Part shown: one piece after another, positions 57,356-64,000 of the stretch
How the letters are laid out: each line of letters begins with the position of its first letter
How positions within the stretch are numbered: the first letter of the stretch is position 1
Assembly (NCBI GenBank): GCA_965215505.1
Contig: OZ244065.1
Coordinates: 2,944,001 to 3,008,000 of the forward strand
DNA length: 64,000 bases
Origin: Capsulimonadaceae bacterium
Lineage (GTDB): Bacteria; Armatimonadota; Armatimonadia; Armatimonadales; Capsulimonadaceae
Reading direction: 5' to 3'
Made by a program: the position numbers and the translations under genes
The notes under the pieces: generated by a model
The model's database searches: none
The model's input: the letters and a program-made list of their open reading frames with translations, nothing else
Told to the model about the DNA's origin: nothing

Positions 57356-58048
57356 CTACATCGGCGGGACGAGGCCGTTCTTGCCGACCAGGACGCGGTC
57401 GGCGGTGACGACGCCTCCGGGCATGCGGTGGCCGATGATAAAAACGTGCGCGCCGGGCGTGAGCTGCGACACCGCGCCGGGGGCGAACGTCACGACCGGG
57501 ATGTTAGCCGGAAGTGTGATGTTCTGCGAGCCGACCCCGGTGTCACTCTTGTACTGAAGTGTCAGTGCCGAACCGCCTGTCTTGTGCGCGGTGCCGTTGG
57601 TCATGCGCGAGCCGTGCGCCGTACCGTTGGTCATCATCGAGCGGGAGACGGTCCCGTTCGTCATCCTGGAATGCCCTCCGGAGTCGGGCAGGTCCCAGGG
57701 GTAACTGCCTTCGCCCGAGCCGCGTCCAGCTTCCGGGAAGACGACGACCTCCACCGCCCGCTGCGTGCCGCCGGCCTGCGGCCGGGAGGCGATGCCGAGG
57801 AAAGCGCCGTCCTTGATGTGCGCGCGGTCGGACGGGACGACGCTGATGACAAGGGGGAGCGTCGGGAGCTGGGCCTTGACCGGGCCGGAGGCCGATCTGA
57901 GGGTCAGCATCCCGCCGCGGACGGCCGTGATGGTGCCGCGAACATGGATGGACGGGGGGGGCGGCGGGGGCACGGTCTGAGCGGCGGCCCCGGCGGCAAG
58001 AGCGCCGACGGCGAGCAGAGACACAAAGCGGTGAGGGTAGGAAAACAC
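57356..58048 (-). CDS. Hypothetical secreted protein with repeated MTNGT motif
   Basis: Signal peptide; GEGSYPWDL; MTNGT x3; ends PPM. Confidence 0.7.
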   Translation of the reverse strand: MFSYPHRFVSLLAVGALAAGAAAQTVPPPPPPSIHVRGTITAVRGGMLTLRSASGPVKAQLPTLPLVISVVPSDRAHIKDGAFLGIASRPQAGGTQRAVEVVVFPEAGRGSGEGSYPWDLPDSGGHSRMTNGTVSRSMMTNGTAHGSRMTNGTAHKTGGSALTLQYKSDTGVGSQNITLPANIPVVTFAPGAVSQLTPGAHVFIIGHRMPGGVVTADRVLVGKNGLVPPM

Positions 58049-58081
58049 GGTTAAGCCTTTCAGTGGTAACGACGTGAGATG

Positions 58082-58708
58082 TTACTTCGTCGCCGTTTCT
58101 TTGGCCGCCTTCAGCGCCTTCGCCACCTGCGCGACGCGGCGGCCCTGGTAGCGGGCGACTTCCAGGTCGTTTTCGGTCGGCGGCGCGTTGTTCTGGCCGG
58201 AGATCGAGGTCGCGCCGTAGGGGGTGCCCGCCTGGAACATGATCGGGTCGCCGTAGCCGAGCGGGACGATAATCATGCCCAAATGTGCCATGAAGTTGAA
58301 CATGGTGAGCGGCGTACTCTCGTTGCCGCCGTGCTGGGAGCCGGTGGAGGCGAACGCGCTGCCGACCTTGCCGACCAGCTTGCCCTGGAACCACAGGCCG
58401 CCCAGGCTGTCCACATAGGCCTTTAGCTCGGATGAGACGTTGCCGAAGCGCGTCGGGGTGCCGAAGATGATGGCGTCGGCGGCCTCGGCGTCGGCGGCGT
58501 TCGGGGCCTGATACTCGGCGTTCATACGGTCGGCGTTCTCGACCCAGCCCTCGGCATGAGCCATGACCTCGCGGCTGACGACCTCCCGAGCGCGGCGCAG
58601 GATGACGGCCGCGCCCTCGGCCTGCGCGCCCTCGGCGATGGCTTTAGCAAGCGCCTCGGTCGAGCCGTTGCGCGAGTAGAAGGCGATCAAAATCTTGACG
58701 GGGTCCAT
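58082..58708 (-). CDS. wrbA: NAD(P)H:quinone oxidoreductase, WrbA family
   Basis: GTPTRFGN, QHGGNE, GTPYGAT. Confidence 0.92.
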   Translation of the reverse strand: MDPVKILIAFYSRNGSTEALAKAIAEGAQAEGAAVILRRAREVVSREVMAHAEGWVENADRMNAEYQAPNAADAEAADAIIFGTPTRFGNVSSELKAYVDSLGGLWFQGKLVGKVGSAFASTGSQHGGNESTPLTMFNFMAHLGMIIVPLGYGDPIMFQAGTPYGATSISGQNNAPPTENDLEVARYQGRRVAQVAKALKAAKETATK

Positions 58709-58760
58709 GAGCGGTTCCTTTCGGTTCGTAAGACTTTCGGTTCGTGAGAAGTGGGAGCGT

Positions 58761-59225
58761 TCAGCGCAGCGAAGCGGCGGGGACAGATCGCGCCTCGGGA
58801 GCCTGCGCCCGGCGACCGAACAGCAGATAGTCAAGCGAGAGGACTCCCGGCCCGGTCAACAGCATCAGCATCGCGACGGCGAGATAGCCCAGGGCGGACT
58901 CGTAGGACGGGCCGTGCGGGCTGACGAACGGGTGGCCACTCTTGAAGTGGACCGTCACAAGCGCGGTCAGCATGGTGGCGGCGACGCCCAGGGCGGCGAT
59001 GGGAGCCAGCAGACCCGTCAGGAAGGCCAGACCGCCGAAGAACTCCGAGAAGGCCGCCAGGAACTGGAAGGCGGCGGGGACGGGTGCCCCCGGCCCCATC
59101 CAGCCCGTCGCGTGCTGGATTTTCGGCCAGCCGTGTAAGATCAGAGCGGAACCCATAACCAGACGCAGGATCAGAAGACCGACCGCGCCGCGCCCGCCAA
59201 CGAACTGTCCGAAGAGCCGATGCAT
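58761..59225 (-). CDS. DoxX family membrane protein
   Basis: LILR...HGWPK, EFFGG, GPGVLSLD. Confidence 0.9.
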   Translation of the reverse strand: MHRLFGQFVGGRGAVGLLILRLVMGSALILHGWPKIQHATGWMGPGAPVPAAFQFLAAFSEFFGGLAFLTGLLAPIAALGVAATMLTALVTVHFKSGHPFVSPHGPSYESALGYLAVAMLMLLTGPGVLSLDYLLFGRRAQAPEARSVPAASLR

Positions 59226-59321
59226 AAACCTCTCCCGCTAAGGTATAATTTGTGGCGCGCTCCGTTTTTTATTGCGCCTGACTATGGAACGGCATGGCAG
59301 GGAAAATAGTTCCTAGTACGG

Positions 59322-59741
59322 ATGAGTTTCGAGGAGACACCCATGGACCACCATGTACACGACCCGGAGATATTCTGCCCGGCGAACGCCGCACTTAACC
59401 TTCTGAGCGAGCGCTGGACGCTGCACATCGTCCGCTCGCTCCTGGGGCGCAAGAAACGCTTCAACGAGATCGCCCGCGAGATCGGGCTGAACCCCGCCAC
59501 CCTGCGCGAGCGCCTGCGCGCCCTGGAGGAAGAGAACGTGGTCACGCGGACCGTCCTGAGCGTGATGCCGCCGCACGTCGAGTACGAGCTGACGCCCAAA
59601 GGCCAGGCGCTCAACGGCATCTTCGAGGCGCTGGCGGACTGGGCGCGGACCTGGATGAAGCCGAAGGGGGCGGAACTGGTGGACCCGCCGCAGGATGACG
59701 CCGCCGACTTGGCGGATGTAAGCCTGTCCGTCCGCGGCTAA
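59322..59741 (+). CDS. HxlR/DUF24 family winged-helix regulator
   Basis: CPANAALNLLSERW, RFNE, PPHVEYELT. Confidence 0.9.
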   Translation: MSFEETPMDHHVHDPEIFCPANAALNLLSERWTLHIVRSLLGRKKRFNEIAREIGLNPATLRERLRALEEENVVTRTVLSVMPPHVEYELTPKGQALNGIFEALADWARTWMKPKGAELVDPPQDDAADLADVSLSVRG

Positions 59742-59755
59742 CGGTGCATCGGCGG

Positions 59756-60478
59756 CTAGTGGGCGGCGAAGGTGCAGGCCAGGCCGGGGGCCAGCGCGTC
59801 GGGGGGCTGGGCCGTGCCCGGTGGGCCGGTACTCACCGCCGAGGGCCGCAGCCAGCGGACGTGGCCGTCGGCCAGCAGGAAGTTCCGCCCGCCGTCGTGC
59901 CGGTTCGCCAGCGGGCTGTCCACGCTCAGGAACCGGTTCGCCATCCCCGACTCGCTTTCGTCGGGGTCGTTCAGGCGGGCCGGCTGGGCCGTAAACCCGC
60001 CCGTCACCTCCGTCACCAGGACGGTCGCGGCGGGCGCAGTCAGGCCGGACAGCGGCAGGCCACCGGGCGTCTGGCTCGCGCTCAGGTTGACATTGAAGAA
60101 GTAGGTCAGCGGGAAGAACGTCTCGCCCCCCACCGTCCGGGCCGCGCCGCCGTCCGTCGGGCAGACAAACACGCGCGGCGCGCGGGCGTAGACGTTGCCC
60201 GCCCCCGCCCAGCCCGCCGCATCGTCGCCGGTGACCGGGTCCGGGATGGGGAGCGAGTGGCCGGGCATCAGCTTCTCATCATTGTCCCCGGCGTAAAGCG
60301 TCACCGCCAGCCCGATCTGTTTCAGGTTCGCCGCGCACGCCGTCCGGTAGGCCCGCTTCCGCGCCGACAGGAAGACGGGGAAGAGGATGGCGGCCAGCAC
60401 CGCGATGATCGCGATGACGACGAGCAGCTCGATCAGTGTGAACCCCCGGAAAGGGCCAGATTGTTTGGAGCGCTTCAT
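59756..60478 (-). CDS. Prepilin-type cleavage/methylation protein with H-X9-DG motif (DUF1559-like)
   Basis: [40 protein letters not shown]. Confidence 0.92.
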   Translation of the reverse strand: MKRSKQSGPFRGFTLIELLVVIAIIAVLAAILFPVFLSARKRAYRTACAANLKQIGLAVTLYAGDNDEKLMPGHSLPIPDPVTGDDAAGWAGAGNVYARAPRVFVCPTDGGAARTVGGETFFPLTYFFNVNLSASQTPGGLPLSGLTAPAATVLVTEVTGGFTAQPARLNDPDESESGMANRFLSVDSPLANRHDGGRNFLLADGHVRWLRPSAVSTGPPGTAQPPDALAPGLACTFAAH

Positions 60479-60480
60479 GG

Positions 60481-62406
60481 CTATTGGGAGGCGGGCCGGG
60501 CCGCAGTGTCCAGGGCCAGGACCGTAGACGGGTTGCGCCAGACGCGGCAGACCGGGCGAGCCTCTGGCCCCGCCGCGTCCGGTGCCGTCGCATAGCGGAA
60601 GGAGTTCGTGCGCGCGTCGCGCGACTCGTACAGCGGCACGACGCCGGGCGATGCTTTCTCCCCCACCGCCGGGGCGGGCGGCAGGCCATAGAAGAGCGGC
60701 GGCCCGCCCGCCGTGCCGGAGACGGGAACGAGGCCGCCATGCGGCCGGCCCGGCGGGACGGCGAAGAACGGCACGTCCCGCACCTCCCCCCATTGGTGCC
60801 GCGCGTCTACCGTCTCGCGCATCGCGTAGCCTTTCGCCAGCCGGTAGACCGGGGCGGGCAGGGACAAACGCGGGTCGTCCAAAGTCAGCCGGTACATGAC
60901 TTGATTGTAGTTGTAGCGCGGCGTCACGTCGGCGTTGCCCGAGTAGGTGTCCGTGTAGGTGCCCTCAAAGTAAATCAGCCGCCCGTCGTCCCGGTCGAAG
61001 AACGGGTGCTGCGTCGGGTTGTAAAACGTGTAGTGGTCGTGCGTGACGATCTTCCGGGCGTACACCCACGGCCCGACTGGGGTGTCCGCCTCGGCGAACC
61101 ATAGCTCGCCCAGGTACGACGATGTGCCGCCCGCCTGGCCGGAGATCATCACCCAGCGCTTTCGGTAGGCGTTCCAGAAGACCGAGCCGCCGTGCGAGCG
61201 GATCGGCGCGTCCGTCTCGATGTCCCGCAAGGGCGCTAAGACCTCCTCCGTCTTCATCTTCCCCGCCTCGATCAACGCCTGCTGGGCGTCGAAACCCAGA
61301 ACACCCGTATCGGCCTTCCAGGCATAGACCAAATGCCCGTCGCCCCCCCGGTCCAGTTTCGTGTCCGCGCCCGCCTCCCGCGCGCCGGGGGCGAGGCAGG
61401 TGAACGCCTCATACGCATGCGTGTCGATGACGTGCGCCACGTCCGCCTTGACGCGCACCAGCGGCTCCGCTTGGGAAGTCTTGGGCTGGCAGTAGAGGTA
61501 CGGCTTGCCGTCAACGACAGCGTGGAACGGCTGTCCGTCTGGGTAAAGCGGCGCGTCCAGAGCGTACCGACAGACCGGCGCGAAAACCGCCTTCGCGTCA
61601 TCAAAGACCGCCAGCCCCTGCTCGGCGGCCTTGCCGTCATGGTCCAGGTGGGTGAAATGCGTGTACAGCTTCTCCTGGCCTGCGGCGTCTTTGAGCGTGA
61701 ACACTCCCCCCACCCAGACCGGCCCGCCGAATCCGGGCAGCGGCAGCATGGGCCGGCTGAAGCCGTCCGCGTCGGTCCAATAGGTCAGGTCTATCCCCTT
61801 GTCCGGGTCCAGTCCACCCGCGCCGGGCAGCAAAGAGGTCGCCCCCGAGGTCGCGAACTGCCCCAGCGGGTAGCCGGGCCGCTCCGTGTCGCCGTAGAAC
61901 CAGTAGAGCTTGCCCCGATACGGCGTCGCCATCACCGTGTCCTGCCCCATGACCAGGCCGTCCATCAGTGGCTCTTTGATCGGCGTCGGCAGCCCGACCA
62001 GAACGCTGTCCCGGTAGATGCCCGCGCCGGTGATCCGGTACAGCCGCTCGGCGATGTTGAGGCGCTTGACCCTGACCCGCGCCGACCCGCCCGCCTTGAC
62101 GTCCAGCGCCACGCCCCGGTTGCCGAACTCGTCGGCGGGAACCTCGTAGCCGTGGCTCTTGACACTCAGCCAGACCTTGTGCCTCATCAGGTCCGGCTCA
62201 TTCAGGGCGACAACGCCGCTGCTGTCCGTGTAGAACCGCTCCGCGTTCACCGTCTTCAACTCGACTAGGGGTACGCCCCGCCCCGTGTCCGCGTCCACGA
62301 CCGTGATCTGGAAGTAGTCTGCGGGGGCGGCTTGGAGGCGCGGCGCGAAGGCGAGCAGGAACGGCAGAAGCAGAAGGGAAGGGATGGAGTGTCTTGGTTT
62401 TGTCAC
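60481..62406 (-). CDS. Secreted hypothetical protein with N-terminal carboxypeptidase-regulatory-like domain
   Basis: Signal peptide; [15 protein letters not shown]; host-like codon use. Confidence 0.7.
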   Translation of the reverse strand: MTKPRHSIPSLLLLPFLLAFAPRLQAAPADYFQITVVDADTGRGVPLVELKTVNAERFYTDSSGVVALNEPDLMRHKVWLSVKSHGYEVPADEFGNRGVALDVKAGGSARVRVKRLNIAERLYRITGAGIYRDSVLVGLPTPIKEPLMDGLVMGQDTVMATPYRGKLYWFYGDTERPGYPLGQFATSGATSLLPGAGGLDPDKGIDLTYWTDADGFSRPMLPLPGFGGPVWVGGVFTLKDAAGQEKLYTHFTHLDHDGKAAEQGLAVFDDAKAVFAPVCRYALDAPLYPDGQPFHAVVDGKPYLYCQPKTSQAEPLVRVKADVAHVIDTHAYEAFTCLAPGAREAGADTKLDRGGDGHLVYAWKADTGVLGFDAQQALIEAGKMKTEEVLAPLRDIETDAPIRSHGGSVFWNAYRKRWVMISGQAGGTSSYLGELWFAEADTPVGPWVYARKIVTHDHYTFYNPTQHPFFDRDDGRLIYFEGTYTDTYSGNADVTPRYNYNQVMYRLTLDDPRLSLPAPVYRLAKGYAMRETVDARHQWGEVRDVPFFAVPPGRPHGGLVPVSGTAGGPPLFYGLPPAPAVGEKASPGVVPLYESRDARTNSFRYATAPDAAGPEARPVCRVWRNPSTVLALDTAARPASQ

Positions 62407-63035
62407 GGGCTGCTGTCCAGATCAAACAAGCGCCGCAGCCAGCCCATCAGCGGCAAGGCATAGTCAGCCCCGGCGTCAAGCTCATGGTTCTTGATCGCCA
62501 AACCCAGCGGCGTTCCTGGCTCTTTCTGCCAGGAAAGCCCAGTATGGATCAGTGCCTTGCTGCGGTAGCTGGGCCGGAAGCGGCAGTCACGCGCTATCAC
62601 CTCATCTACGCACTCCTCAGCGAACACAAGCAAGGCATCCCCTGGCGGCACCAGAGAGCGGGCGAAGTCCTCCAGCATCCCCTCCGCCGCGTTGTCCGGC
62701 ATGACCCAGACGCCGACCCGCGCCAGCCTCCTGCCGGACAGTTCGACGATGGTTCCTAATGGGTCTGCCTGGTCGGGCAGTGGGCAGCCGGACTGAGCGA
62801 AGATACTGCGGAGCGACTGCCACCGGGAAGTCGGAGCCGTATCCGCATCTATCACCACGCCGAGGCGTTCCAAGCCGCCGGCGATAAGCTCAACGTCCAG
62901 CGTCTCAAGAAGGACATCTATGCCTTCCTTGTTCTTGATTCGAAAGTTCTCCGGCACCTGATGATGTTCCAGAAGTTGAGACAGCACATGGAGTTCGTCT
63001 TTACCCTCCACAAGCAGAGCGGACTTGGTAGCCAT
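62403..63035 (-). CDS. DUF3226-like TOPRIM-fold protein
   Basis: LLVEGKDE, VVIDAD, WVMPDN...GMLED. Confidence 0.8.
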   Translation of the reverse strand: MATKSALLVEGKDELHVLSQLLEHHQVPENFRIKNKEGIDVLLETLDVELIAGGLERLGVVIDADTAPTSRWQSLRSIFAQSGCPLPDQADPLGTIVELSGRRLARVGVWVMPDNAAEGMLEDFARSLVPPGDALLVFAEECVDEVIARDCRFRPSYRSKALIHTGLSWQKEPGTPLGLAIKNHELDAGADYALPLMGWLRRLFDLDSSP

Positions 63036-63037
63036 CC

Positions 63038-64000
63038 TTAGCGTACCTCGATCTGCTCACGCGCCGCGATGTTCAGCTTGCGCTCGTCGAACATGACTGG
63101 AACGACCTCGCCGTCTCGGTTCTCCAGCCGGATGAGCATGCCCTCTTCGTCCTTGTTGGCTTCGGCAGCCTGCTGGAACGCCTGGATGCAGTCCCAGCTA
63201 TGGGAGGTGGCGAACACCTGCACATTGAGGCGGTGGGCCACCTCGAAGATGAGTTTCCACAGGTCGGGCAGCACGGAGTAATGCAGGCCGGTGTCTACCT
63301 CATCAATCAGCAGCATCCCGTCTTTGGCGTTGACGAGGGCGAGGGCGATGCCGAACATCCGGTTCATGCCTTCGCCCATGCTGCGAAGGGGAACAGGTGA
63401 GGACGACCCTTTCAACTTTACGATCGGATGACGCCTACCGAAAGGTTCGTTGCCGCCGGTGAAGGTGAGGCGCTCGATGTCACGGGAGATGAGGCGCAAG
63501 GCAAAAAGTACGTCCTCTTCTAACTCAGTGAGGGCTACGATATCCCATAACTGGCTTTGTGACTTGCTCGCGAGTCCAAGTGCAGACGTGAAAATACAGT
63601 TGAGTTCTTGCCTGTCTGCCTTGTAGGTAGCAATCTGAGGCTCATCTGATGACAGAGAATAGACATAGACGGCTCTCTTGCCGTAGCCAGCAGTCAGTGA
63701 GAAAGTCTCTGTAGTAAATGCCTGCATTTCGTCCCAATTGATCGTGGGTGGGACTCTGCTTCCATTTGTTGTGGAGACGGCGATGGGTTCAGTGATAGCA
63801 ACAAAGAAGGTATCGTCGGGCTGTCCCTCGACCGGCCCAACATGGAAGGATGGAAAATAATCGTGTTCCCATATAGGTTCGCGTCCGTGAAACAGATGTC
63901 TGACAGCGGTGGTACGTTCTTCCGCATTGGGAGGCAGGTTTGACACTGATGATCCACCTTCATCTCGTGCCCCAAGGATATCCCAGATGAGCGAGAGATT
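63038..64000 (-). CDS. AAA/ABC-type ATPase (AAA_15/AAA_21-like), 5' end outside the window
   Basis: SMGEGM signature, LLIDEVDTGLH Walker B, FATSHS; frame open to the window edge. Confidence 0.88.
   Translation of the reverse strand, partial: NLSLIWDILGARDEGGSSVSNLPPNAEERTTAVRHLFHGREPIWEHDYFPSFHVGPVEGQPDDTFFVAITEPIAVSTTNGSRVPPTINWDEMQAFTTETFSLTAGYGKRAVYVYSLSSDEPQIATYKADRQELNCIFTSALGLASKSQSQLWDIVALTELEEDVLFALRLISRDIERLTFTGGNEPFGRRHPIVKLKGSSSPVPLRSMGEGMNRMFGIALALVNAKDGMLLIDEVDTGLHYSVLPDLWKLIFEVAHRLNVQVFATSHSWDCIQAFQQAAEANKDEEGMLIRLENRDGEVVPVMFDERKLNIAAREQIEVR

Overview
High-GC bacterial chromosomal window. The prepilin-type/H-X9-DG (DUF1559-like) proteins, diderm envelope genes and overall protein style suggest Armatimonadota or a similar lineage (inference only). 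Left to right it contains: the end of a Tad locus (tadB 3' end, an inserted membrane gene, tadC); a complete IS256-family element with TIRs and an 8-bp target duplication; a lower-GC five-gene secreted-protein cassette (two small Cys peptides, HEAT protein, DUF1573, pseudopilin) bounded by 5x22-bp iteron-like repeats; an HTH/coiled-coil/J-like gene; a Zn-ribbon plus double SPFH operon; a PaoABC-type molybdoenzyme cluster with a redoxin-Tat-2Fe2S fusion and two Mo subunits (one frameshifted); an ECF sigma/anti-sigma/beta-barrel trio; two YhcG/DUF1016 genes carrying same-architecture, different-sequence palindromes at the same coding position; housekeeping genes (purD, dnaB, rplI, mlaEFD-like, pyrE, PBP1A, mrdA); an osmoprotectant ABC transporter; an orphan N6-adenine MTase next to a DUF429-like gene; an Mhq-like quinone-stress cluster; and, at the right edge, an AAA ATPase plus DUF3226 (TOPRIM-like) pair. 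Several GTAG-type REP/REPIN families occur between genes. No rRNA, tRNA or CRISPR array was seen. All family assignments come from motif recognition by eye, not database searches.
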